Shown: piece by piece, positions 46,068 through 55,129 of the stretch
Layout of the letters: every line of letters starts with the position of its first letter
Numbering within the stretch: the stretch's first letter is position 1
Source: a bacterium
Lineage (GTDB): Bacteria; SZUA-182; DTGQ01; JAFGSM01
Reading direction: 5' to 3'
NCBI GenBank assembly: GCA_049472335.1
Contig: JBLIRO010000002.1
Location: 1 to 64,000, forward strand
Length of the DNA stretch: 64,000 bases
Notes under the pieces: generated by a model
Seen by the model: the letters and a program-made list of their open reading frames with translations, nothing else
Database searches by the model: none
What the model was told of the DNA's origin: nothing
Made by a program: the position numbers and the translations under genes

Positions 46068-48812
46068 ATGGCAAAAAAGGTAAAGGTTAAAGAGATTTCT
46101 CCCGAAGAGCTTTCCCAGGCCATGGAGCAGCAAATCGTTTCCCTGGAGAACCTGCTGGAAGAATCGAGGCAAGAAGAGATTCATTTTCAAGACCTGCTGG
46201 ATGAAATAAAAGCTCATACGGAGGAATTTTCACAAAATAGCGATTTATTGGCAAAGGTTGAAAAACGTTTGGAAACACTTAGGTTTACAGCGGATGTGAC
46301 CGAAGAAAACATCTCTAAGCTTTTAAGTTTCAAAGACGAAATGGACAAACTTCATAAACAGGTCAACAGCGCGCTTCATTTCTCTAAGAATTTTGAAGAG
46401 CGTATAGCCAGTGTGCTGCAGGAAAAGGAACGCTTGGATGAGATAGAGGCTCAGGTTGAACAGTTTAACATACCTTTTGAAGAATTAAGGAAAAATATGG
46501 ATCAGCATTCTTCATTAAGCAAGGACTTGGAAAAAAGCCTGGGAGAAATGAACAAGAAGAGAGAGACGATTGACAAATCACTTGCCGGTCTTGATGACTA
46601 CCACACGCAAATTCAGGCCCATTCGGAAGAAATAGCAAGGTTGAACTCCCGCAGGGAAGAATTGTCTGGAACCATGGAGGGCCTTGAAAAAAAGATAGAT
46701 GGATTTGTTAAGGAATGTGAGAAGATAGAAGAGAGATTCGCCAATATTGAAAAGGCTCGCCATCTTTATGAAATTACCAAACAGAAGATAGAGAGCCTGA
46801 ATTCTATGGCTGAATATGTAAAATCAAAGGTCCAGAGCCTTTCACAACAACGAATCATTGTTGAGAAGGCAAACGAAGAGGCAGGAAAACTGAACGTTCT
46901 CTTCTGGGATATGGAAACAAAGATTAATAAACTTTCAGAAGAGAATAAATTAATAAAAAAGGCCGACCGTAATATTCTTCGGCTTGAGAGTATGTTAAAT
47001 GGTCTGGATCAGAAAATGTCCAAGATTGATAGGGCAGAGGGTATTTTGCAAAAAATAAACACTTCTGTGGAAGACCTGAAACAAAAATCCGAGGATATGG
47101 AAAAACGTTCCAAATCCCTTACACAATTGGCAGGGGTTTTGGAATCATATTCAGAAAAAATCCAATCACTGCAAAAAGAGGCAAAAAAGCTGGAAGAAAA
47201 AGAGCAGGCCTTTTCATCATTTACTACAAAGTTCAGCAATATGGAAGATCGTTTTAAACAATTGGATCAAAATCTTAGCGGTATAAAAAAAGAGATGGAG
47301 AGCGTTAAAGATCAATCGAATCGCATATATGAGGTAAAGACAAATCTCCAGAAACTGGATCTTATTGCGGAAGAAGCACAAAAAAAGGCTGAAGGGGTAA
47401 TTAAAAGGGATGGTTTAATCAAGGATGTTCAGGGAAAAATGGAAAATCTGGGCAGTATGACAACCGATATCGGGAGGAGAATGGACCAGCTCCTTTCCCG
47501 CGTCCCTTATCTCGTTGAGATGGAGAAGAGGCTGGAGCATATGGAGGCCATGGCATCCGAGCTGGATCAGAAGGAGGAGGGAATTCATAAAAGAGAACAT
47601 ATACTTAGGAACACGGAAGAGGAAATTGAGAAACTGGAGGTGCTGTCCAAATCCCTTGAAGAACGGTTCTTGTTTTTGTCTGACCAGGAAAACTTAATAG
47701 ACAGATTGGAATCAAGGCTGGAAGGCCTTAGCGATATGGCTAATCAGATAGGCATTCAATCTCAGGATTTCCTAAAAACAAGACAGGAAATTGAACAGGC
47801 AACTGAAAAGGTAAACCATCTTCAGTTGAGCATGGATGAGATTAGCAACAAAGAGAAGAAGGCATTAAAGCATCGGAATGAACTTGAATCAATAAAAAAA
47901 GGTCTTTCTGAAACCCAGATCCAGATATCAAAGAGAAAAGATGAATTTAAACAACTGGACAAAAAGGTTTCCACATTCCAGGAAATCTGCGAACAATTTG
48001 AAGGAAAGGCCGGCGCCTTGGAAGGAAAGATCAGCTTTATTGATCAGGTTATCTCCAATATCGATGAGCGTAGAACCAACATGGAAGATATCCTGGAGGC
48101 AAAATTGGTCCAGTTTCATGATATGAATGCTGAAATCGATCAAAAAGTAAAGGAAGGGCTTGATGCTTCAAAACAGATAGACCTTTTTGATCAGAAGATG
48201 AATGAGTTAAAGCAGATGACGCAGGATATAGAGGAGAAGACCCTGGCAATTTCAGCCAGACAGGAAGAGATTTACCAGATAGAAAAGAAGACCGTCCAGT
48301 TGTCTGAAATGAACGATCATCTTGATAAACAGATTAGAAGCTGTATGCAGCAAGACAAGGAAATTGCCAAGATTAAACAGGAACTGGAAGAGCTCAAGAA
48401 TATTCAGAGTGAAGCGGTAAGTCACTTCCAAACCCTTAGGGCTGAGGAAGAAACCCTGGAAAGGTTAAGAAAGGAAATAGACGGGCTGAGGGAGCTTATT
48501 AATGAGGTGAGTCAAAAGGGTAAAAGAATAGAGGATTATGCCAGAATCATTAATGATTCTGATCAGAAACTAAAGACACTGGATCTCTTGTCCGAAGATA
48601 TAACTGCAAAGCTGGAAAACTTAAAGGCAGAGGAAAAAACCATTGAAGAGGCAACTGAGAAAGCCGACCGGCTGCAATTTTCAATTCCCGAAGCAGAAGC
48701 CAGAATAAGAGAGCTTGCGGCAAGGATTGACCAGGCTAATGGTTTAGAAAAAAGATTGTTAAGTCTTCTTCCCGAGAAGAAAAGCCCGAAAGGTCTGGAA
48801 GAAACCGTTTAG
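46068..48812 (+). CDS. Very long coiled-coil protein with no recognisable enzymatic domain
   Basis: 914 aa of E/K/Q/L heptad pattern; no Walker A, TM or signal; AAGGAG RBS. Confidence 0.8.
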   Translation: MAKKVKVKEISPEELSQAMEQQIVSLENLLEESRQEEIHFQDLLDEIKAHTEEFSQNSDLLAKVEKRLETLRFTADVTEENISKLLSFKDEMDKLHKQVNSALHFSKNFEERIASVLQEKERLDEIEAQVEQFNIPFEELRKNMDQHSSLSKDLEKSLGEMNKKRETIDKSLAGLDDYHTQIQAHSEEIARLNSRREELSGTMEGLEKKIDGFVKECEKIEERFANIEKARHLYEITKQKIESLNSMAEYVKSKVQSLSQQRIIVEKANEEAGKLNVLFWDMETKINKLSEENKLIKKADRNILRLESMLNGLDQKMSKIDRAEGILQKINTSVEDLKQKSEDMEKRSKSLTQLAGVLESYSEKIQSLQKEAKKLEEKEQAFSSFTTKFSNMEDRFKQLDQNLSGIKKEMESVKDQSNRIYEVKTNLQKLDLIAEEAQKKAEGVIKRDGLIKDVQGKMENLGSMTTDIGRRMDQLLSRVPYLVEMEKRLEHMEAMASELDQKEEGIHKREHILRNTEEEIEKLEVLSKSLEERFLFLSDQENLIDRLESRLEGLSDMANQIGIQSQDFLKTRQEIEQATEKVNHLQLSMDEISNKEKKALKHRNELESIKKGLSETQIQISKRKDEFKQLDKKVSTFQEICEQFEGKAGALEGKISFIDQVISNIDERRTNMEDILEAKLVQFHDMNAEIDQKVKEGLDASKQIDLFDQKMNELKQMTQDIEEKTLAISARQEEIYQIEKKTVQLSEMNDHLDKQIRSCMQQDKEIAKIKQELEELKNIQSEAVSHFQTLRAEEETLERLRKEIDGLRELINEVSQKGKRIEDYARIINDSDQKLKTLDLLSEDITAKLENLKAEEKTIEEATEKADRLQFSIPEAEARIRELAARIDQANGLEKRLLSLLPEKKSPKGLEETV

Positions 48813-48904
48813 GGCTTGACGGGAAGTGTATGGGAATACTTTTGGTTTGCTATTTCAACCAAAGGTTATTACCCGAAATTATAACCGCTGACTGAAGAGA
48901 CATT

Positions 48905-50485
48905 ATGTTTTCCCAATCACATCCTGAAAAAAAAACGAATGATTATTGCACGCACTGCTGGACTCCAGTATGCGAAGAAAAAGCCTTTCGCTTTAGGGAC
49001 AGGATTTTTTGCAGTGCTAAATGCCTCAGGCTTCATTACTGGTGCCTCTTTAATCTTTTCTTGACAACGCAGGTTCAGAAATTCAGGGTGATTATCCATC
49101 GCAGAAAAGGCTGGTCTACCGGACTGCTGGCGGGATCGTTCTTTTCCCTTGTCCTGACGGTCCTGCTCGGTTTCATATTGTCCAACTCTTTTTCAGGGCC
49201 TCCAAAACTATCGCCCGGGCAGGATGTTGCCGCGCACCTCCCCGTAGAAATAAAATATCCGTTTTTTTTAAATACTCCGCCCCCACCGGTTTTGGATAAA
49301 GCCAAGAAGGCTTCGAAAGAAGACATTACGGATTTCGAAGATGCACTAGAAAGACAGATTAAGGAGAGGGTAAAAATTTTCCTGATCAAGGAGTATCCGT
49401 CAGGGCCAAGAAAAACTGTAGGTATCTCAGGTTCGGCCACTACAGGATCCATATGTGCCCTTTATCTTAATGATACCCTGTACGAAGCGACAACCTGTAT
49501 AAAGGGTAATTTCTTCTTTCCCAGGGTCGCCCTAAGACCGGGGAAGAATATCATCGAGGTTTTGGTGCATGATCAGGAAGGTTATGTAGTCCCCTCTAAC
49601 AAGGTTGAGTTGTTTCTGGACTTAAACCGCAAGATCATGGAAAAAGGAAGGAATATCACCAGGGGAAATCTGGAAGAAAAAAATGTTTGCCTTACATTTG
49701 ACGGAGGCGCTTCGGCATCCTGCGCCCCTGGTATATTGGCGACATTGAGGCGTTATAACATCAGGTGCACATTTTTTCTTACAGGGGACTTTATAAGGAA
49801 CCACCCCAAACTTATCAAGACAATGGTGGAGGATGGCCATGAGATAGGCAATCACACCGATACTCACCCCCATTTCGCACGTTTGACCTCCCAGATGCGA
49901 TTCGAAACCCTTCCATGGGTAAACAAGGCCTTTGTCCAGAATCAAATAATAAGGGCAGAAAAGGCCTTTTTTCAAGTCACGGGACTTTCCATGGCCCCCT
50001 TTTGGAGAGCGCCCTACGGAGAGCATAACCTGGAAATCCTAAGATGGGCGGAAGAAATAGGTTACACCCATGTTTCATGGACTTGCGGCAGGGTCCTGGA
50101 AGAAGGCCTCGATACGCTAGACTGGGTCTATAATCATGAATCTCCTATCTACTTTTCTTCAGAGGAAATCAGGGATAAGATAATCAATTTTGGAGAAGGA
50201 AACCCTGAAGGGGCAAATGGAGGTATTGTGTTAATGCACCTTGCCACATCAAGACCTTTAGAAGACAGGGTCCATCTTCAACTTCCTGACATCATTGAAG
50301 GACTTCAAAAAAGGGGTTATAATCTTTCTACGGTTGGAGAGGTTATAAGCTCGGCTGACGGGTCGGTTTACCCCGAACAAGCCAAAGATGATGAACATGT
50401 CAAAAATCTTTGGGTGTCTAAGGGTAAAGATTCTAAGGATAGGAAAAGACGAACGGTATCTTTGTCCTCTAAAAGGCTGCCCTAA
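48905..50485 (+). CDS. Membrane-anchored polysaccharide (NodB-type) deacetylase with N-terminal Cys cluster and Ig-like domain
   Basis: CTHC...FCSAKC; TM; LTFDGG, TFFLTG, HEIGNHTDTH, WRAPYG, IVLMH. Confidence 0.85.
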   Translation: MFSQSHPEKKTNDYCTHCWTPVCEEKAFRFRDRIFCSAKCLRLHYWCLFNLFLTTQVQKFRVIIHRRKGWSTGLLAGSFFSLVLTVLLGFILSNSFSGPPKLSPGQDVAAHLPVEIKYPFFLNTPPPPVLDKAKKASKEDITDFEDALERQIKERVKIFLIKEYPSGPRKTVGISGSATTGSICALYLNDTLYEATTCIKGNFFFPRVALRPGKNIIEVLVHDQEGYVVPSNKVELFLDLNRKIMEKGRNITRGNLEEKNVCLTFDGGASASCAPGILATLRRYNIRCTFFLTGDFIRNHPKLIKTMVEDGHEIGNHTDTHPHFARLTSQMRFETLPWVNKAFVQNQIIRAEKAFFQVTGLSMAPFWRAPYGEHNLEILRWAEEIGYTHVSWTCGRVLEEGLDTLDWVYNHESPIYFSSEEIRDKIINFGEGNPEGANGGIVLMHLATSRPLEDRVHLQLPDIIEGLQKRGYNLSTVGEVISSADGSVYPEQAKDDEHVKNLWVSKGKDSKDRKRRTVSLSSKRLP

Positions 50486-50501
50486 GCATATACATGTAAA
50501 C

Positions 50502-50933
50502 ATGCCGAAAGAAGAAGGAACTGTCATTGATATTGTACCTGAAGGTGCATTGGTTCGTATAAAAAGGACGGATGCATGTCACGGTTGTCCATCTGCAGGA
50601 ATATGCCATATGGGTGGTAGCGGAGAAAGAGAAGTCCTGGCCAGAAATCCTTTTGGCGCCCGAAAGGGTGAGATGGTGGAAATAGAAATAAAGGAGGGAT
50701 TACTGTTAAAGGCTTCCTTTATAATATATATGCTTCCGATTTTGGGCCTCCTGATGGGAGCGCTTTTTGGAAGATGGATAATAAATTTCTTTGGATTGCC
50801 TTTTAATGAGAATACGGGAGCCGTCTTAGGTGGTTTGACCTGCCTGCTGGTTGTGTTTATACTAATAAAAATAATAACCGGGGGTAGTTGTTATATGAAG
50901 AAATATCAACCAACCATTACCAAGGTTAAGTAA
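50502..50933 (+). CDS. RseC/MucC family protein
   Basis: ACHGCPSAGIC motif, G..VEI, ASFIIYMLP plus 2 TMs; ATG 50502 preferred. Confidence 0.85.
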   Translation: MPKEEGTVIDIVPEGALVRIKRTDACHGCPSAGICHMGGSGEREVLARNPFGARKGEMVEIEIKEGLLLKASFIIYMLPILGLLMGALFGRWIINFFGLPFNENTGAVLGGLTCLLVVFILIKIITGGSCYMKKYQPTITKVK

Positions 50934-50954
50934 AGAAGGGGAGGTGCTTTAGAA

Positions 50955-51986
50955 ATGCGAGTTGGCATATTGACGGGCGGAGGGGATTGCCCTGGATTAA
51001 ATGCGGTTATAAGGGCCATTGTTAGGAAAGGGATCGATAGCTACGGGGATGAGCTTATAGGGATAAAGCATGGATGGGCAGGCCTGATTAATGATGTTAT
51101 GGGCACCCTGGGCAAGAATCAGATTTCCGGAATACTTCCAAGAGGCGGTACTATCCTGGGCACATCCAGGACTAATCCCTTTAAGGTCGAGGGTGGTCTG
51201 GATAAGATTCAGAACACCATAAAATCCAAGAACCTTGAAGCGCTTATTGCAATAGGCGGGGAAGACACCCTGGGAGTCGCTAATAAACTCCACAAAGAAG
51301 GTATATCTGTTGTCGGTGTCCCAAAGACCATCGACAATGACCTGTCAGGCACGGACTATACCTTTGGTTTTGATACAGCCACACAGATCGTGACCGAAGC
51401 GATCGACAGGCTGCACACAACGGCAGAATCCCACAACAGAGTTATGGTTGTGGAGGTTATGGGCAGGCATTCCGGATGGATCGCTACTATTGGGGGAATT
51501 GCCGGAGGAGCGGACTGTATTCTTATCCCGGAGATCCCTTTCAGTCTTGATGATATGGTGGAGCTAATAAAAAAACGGCAGGCACGGGGGAGGGCATATA
51601 CCATAATTGTCGTAGCTGAGGGAGCCAAACCGAAGGATATGGATCAGTATTTAACCAAGGACGCGTCACTGGATTCATTTGGTCATGTCAAGTTAGGCGG
51701 GATAGGAGAATTTCTGGCCAAAGAGATTGAGAAAAGGACAGGCGCTGAGACAAGAATGACAAACCTGGGACATGTCCAAAGAGGGGGAACCCCTACCGCT
51801 TATGACCGTGTATTGGGGACAAGATATGGTATCAGGGCGATCGACCTTGTTCATGAGGGCAAATTCGGTTATATGGCTGCTTTGCGCGGAAACAAGATAG
51901 TCGATGTCGCCCTGTCCGAGGCAGTAGGGACCCTTAAGACTGTGGATATGGATCTCTTTGAGGTAGCAAAGGTATTCTTTGGTTAA
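50955..51986 (+). CDS. pfkA: 6-phosphofructokinase (group III, GGEDT type)
   Basis: TGGGDCPGLN, GGTILGTSR, GGEDT, PKTIDND, EVMGRHSG, LGHVQRGG. Confidence 0.93.
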   Translation: MRVGILTGGGDCPGLNAVIRAIVRKGIDSYGDELIGIKHGWAGLINDVMGTLGKNQISGILPRGGTILGTSRTNPFKVEGGLDKIQNTIKSKNLEALIAIGGEDTLGVANKLHKEGISVVGVPKTIDNDLSGTDYTFGFDTATQIVTEAIDRLHTTAESHNRVMVVEVMGRHSGWIATIGGIAGGADCILIPEIPFSLDDMVELIKKRQARGRAYTIIVVAEGAKPKDMDQYLTKDASLDSFGHVKLGGIGEFLAKEIEKRTGAETRMTNLGHVQRGGTPTAYDRVLGTRYGIRAIDLVHEGKFGYMAALRGNKIVDVALSEAVGTLKTVDMDLFEVAKVFFG

Positions 51987-52401
51987 ACCATACCGGAGGA
52001 TGGACACTACTGCTGATGTGGGCCTTACTTCATGTGGTTTAAGCTTAAAAGAGCTCTATGTTAACATGGCAAAGGGGCTTTTCAGCTTGATTGCCCCTTT
52101 GCCGTGTGTCAGGAAGAAGCTTTGCCACAGAGTGAATGCTCAGGCCTCTTCCCATGAGGAACTTCTTGTTGCATGGTTGAATGAGTTGATATTTGTCAGG
52201 GAAACGGAAGATCTTCTTTTTCGTTATTTTGAAATAATATCTCTTGATAAGAATCAGTTGGAATCTGTTTGTCTGGGCGAAGTTATCGATCCGAACAAGC
52301 ATGTGCTCAGGATGGAGATCAAAGCAGCCACATATCATAGAACATCCATCTGGCGGGACTCTAATGGACTCTGGCGTGCAATGGTAATATTTGATGTTTA
52401 G
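51979..52401 (+). CDS. Archease
   Basis: TTADVG...LLVAWLNELI...EIKAATYH...VIFDV. Confidence 0.9.
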   Translation: MVKPYRRMDTTADVGLTSCGLSLKELYVNMAKGLFSLIAPLPCVRKKLCHRVNAQASSHEELLVAWLNELIFVRETEDLLFRYFEIISLDKNQLESVCLGEVIDPNKHVLRMEIKAATYHRTSIWRDSNGLWRAMVIFDV

Positions 52402-52418
52402 GTTTAAAGAAAAATAAC

Positions 52419-53870
52419 ATGACCATACCCATTGAAAAGATCGGTCCCTATCGATATAAAGTGCCCGAGAGCTATCAACCGGGCATGAGGGTTCCGGGGA
52501 TTTTCTATAGTGATGAAAAGCTCCTGGAGGCTATAAAAAAAGACGAGTCTTTAAAACAGCTCGCCAATGCAGCCACACTTCCGGGGATTGTTAAAGCATC
52601 TCTGGCTATGCCTGATATTCACTACGGTTATGGCCTGCCTATTGGAGGTGTTGTGGCAACCAGGATCGAGGATGGGGTAGTATCTCCCGGAGGGGTCGGC
52701 TTTGATATAAACTGCGGTGTACGCATTATGCGGACTGGCCTCATCCGAAGGGATCTGGAGTCGAAGGATAGATTAAAAAAGGCTGTCATGGCTTTATATG
52801 GACATGTACCTGCAGGTGTAGGGTCCAAAGGAAAGCTGAAGCTGACCCAGAAGGAAGAGAAGGATCTATTGAAGAAAGGCTCAAGTTGGGCAGTTTCAAG
52901 GGGATTTGGGCGGCCCGCAGACCTGAGATTTACAGAGGCAGGGGGATGTCTTGAGGGAGCGGATCCAGATGTCATCAGCCAAAAGGCCTATGAACGGGGC
53001 AGGAATCAACAGGGCACTCTCGGCTCGGGAAACCACTTTATGGAAATCCAGTATGTTGCCGAGATTTACGATCAGGAAGCGGCAAGACATTTTGGCCTCG
53101 CCCTGGACCAGATTACGTTAATGATCCATTCAGGTTCCCGCGGATTCGGGCATCAGGTCTGCACGGATTTTCTGGCCAGTATGGGGAAGGCAGTGTATAA
53201 ATATGGTATAGAGCTCCCTGACAGACAATTGGCGTGTGCTCCTTTAAATTCTCCTGAGGGTCAAAAATATCTTGGAGCCATGAGGTGCGCTGCCAATTAT
53301 GCCTGGGCCAACCGGCAATGCCTCATGTTTTGGGCTGAGGAGGCTCTTTGCCAGGGGCTGAATATCACGACCAGAGAACTCTGTATGTCTCTGATCTATG
53401 ATGTCGCTCACAATATAGTGAAGATTGAAAGGCATAGGGTGGAAGGGAAGGATATGGATCTTGCTGTCCACAGAAAAGGCGCGACAAGGGCATTTGCACC
53501 CGGACATGTTGATCTGCCTGAGGAATACCGGCCAACAGGTCAGCCGATTCTTATCCCGGGAGACATGGGCACCTGTTCATATATCCTGAAAGGTACCGAA
53601 CAGGCCATGGATGAGACATTCGGCAGCACATGTCATGGTGCCGGAAGGGCATTAAGCCGCAGGGCGGCCGTAAAGGCATCTAAAGGGAGGTCTATTGCAA
53701 GAGAGCTGGAAGAAAAAGGCATTGTGGTGCTTGCGGCAGGAAAGGAAACCTTGAGAGAAGAGATGCCCGAGGCTTATAAAGAGATCTCCGAAGTCGTTCA
53801 AGTAGTTCATAATGCCGGTATTGCCCTTAAAGTGGCTCAAGTAAGACCTATAGGTGTTATCAAGGGATAA
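52419..53870 (+). CDS. rtcB: RNA-splicing/repair ligase RtcB
   Basis: MPDIHYGYGLPIGGV, GFDINCG, GTLGSGNHF, HSGSRG, DVAHN, HRKGATRA, STCHGAGR, EEMPEAYK. Confidence 0.96.
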   Translation: MTIPIEKIGPYRYKVPESYQPGMRVPGIFYSDEKLLEAIKKDESLKQLANAATLPGIVKASLAMPDIHYGYGLPIGGVVATRIEDGVVSPGGVGFDINCGVRIMRTGLIRRDLESKDRLKKAVMALYGHVPAGVGSKGKLKLTQKEEKDLLKKGSSWAVSRGFGRPADLRFTEAGGCLEGADPDVISQKAYERGRNQQGTLGSGNHFMEIQYVAEIYDQEAARHFGLALDQITLMIHSGSRGFGHQVCTDFLASMGKAVYKYGIELPDRQLACAPLNSPEGQKYLGAMRCAANYAWANRQCLMFWAEEALCQGLNITTRELCMSLIYDVAHNIVKIERHRVEGKDMDLAVHRKGATRAFAPGHVDLPEEYRPTGQPILIPGDMGTCSYILKGTEQAMDETFGSTCHGAGRALSRRAAVKASKGRSIARELEEKGIVVLAAGKETLREEMPEAYKEISEVVQVVHNAGIALKVAQVRPIGVIKG

Positions 53871-53873
53871 GAA

Positions 53874-54911
53874 TCAGTTTTTATTTTGAGTTAAGATATC
53901 CCAGAATTTATTCGTATCCAGAGTATCCAGATCCTTACCTTCGAGATCCGATCTTTTAAGGGTATAGCTTTCAGCCTCAGTCCATTTCAGGGAACCGCCT
54001 TCCTCTTTCAATCCTTTTAGACGGATATTCACTTCTTTATATGCATCGTTTTCCATAAGAGTTTGAAATAAATTTAAAAAAAAGAGACGGTCCGATCCGG
54101 AAAGTTTAATGGGGATTGTTTCTGCGGGTAAAGGAAACAATGTTTCCATTGAAATCTTACGTAACGAAAGGGTCAGATCGAGCTTCCATCCATCCGATAA
54201 CGGTTCAATAGCAATGTCCTTCTCTCTCAGAAAAACAGAAAAAGAGGGATACCATCCTGCCTCCTGATGCGCCCCGGTTTCCTTTTTTTTCTGATCATAA
54301 TAGTTGCTCAACTTTTCTGTGATCGAAAGGGCTTCATCTTTCAAGGAGTTAAGATCGGCATTTTTTTCCGGGTCATAAATACACTTTTTTTCAATCCAAC
54401 CTTCCAGGCCTTCATTGTTCTCTTTTATATAAATCCATTCTGCCTCTTCAAGATACATTCCGACCCCTTGGTCCATGGATAACATGCCAAGGGAAGGATA
54501 GGTATCAACAGGCCCGGCCCTTACATGTGTAGCCTCGCAATTGGTTATTACACGTCTTAATTCGGAACGTGCTGATTCTGAACCGACCGGTAATATCTTA
54601 CAGGCCGAAGCAATTATCCATCCATCTTTACCCTCAGGGGTTTTACAATGATACCATCCATCCTTCTCTTCGAGCCCGCTTAAAATGTCATTTTTTTTAA
54701 CCGTTACTATCCACGCGTAAGAAGTCCCGGGTCCCTGGCGAATATTCACGGAAGCCATTGTGACCTCCAGAGTGAAAACAGGCCCCTGTTTTTTTTCAGG
54801 CAAATCCTGTTCTGTTTTGGCGCCTTTTATAACAGAGAGGCTAAAGATAAAAGAGAAGAATGTAAAAATAAAAACATTTATAATCAGATTATTTTTGACT
54901 CTTTGTATCAT
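53874..54911 (-). CDS. Exported protein with two SH3b domains
   Basis: Signal/TM; VNIRQGPGTSY...GWY...GWI and HVRAGP...EWI...EGWI. Confidence 0.8.
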   Translation of the reverse strand: MIQRVKNNLIINVFIFTFFSFIFSLSVIKGAKTEQDLPEKKQGPVFTLEVTMASVNIRQGPGTSYAWIVTVKKNDILSGLEEKDGWYHCKTPEGKDGWIIASACKILPVGSESARSELRRVITNCEATHVRAGPVDTYPSLGMLSMDQGVGMYLEEAEWIYIKENNEGLEGWIEKKCIYDPEKNADLNSLKDEALSITEKLSNYYDQKKKETGAHQEAGWYPSFSVFLREKDIAIEPLSDGWKLDLTLSLRKISMETLFPLPAETIPIKLSGSDRLFFLNLFQTLMENDAYKEVNIRLKGLKEEGGSLKWTEAESYTLKRSDLEGKDLDTLDTNKFWDILTQNKN

Positions 54912-55033
54912 TTTGAATTCCCAGAAGTTTTAAATTTAATGTCCTGATTGATTCAGTAATAATTAAACAACTAAAATGTTATATAAAAGGATATTATAAA
55001 TCATTCAAATTGGCAAATATTCCTATGATACCC

Positions 55034-55061
55034 TTGACAAGGTTTTGCTTTTTGTGATAAT
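55034..55061 (+). promoter_or_regulatory. Sigma70-like promoter
   Basis: TTGACA-N16-GATAAT upstream of 55130. Confidence 0.45.
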
Positions 55062-55129
55062 TTTCAAATAATTTTATTTTAAATAATAAAAAATCAACCA
55101 CATAGGAAAAAGAAATCTTTCCTTGAATA

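Noticed and set aside
46068..48812. SMC/SbcC chromosome segregation ATPase
   Set aside because: No Walker A/B or signature motif at either end.
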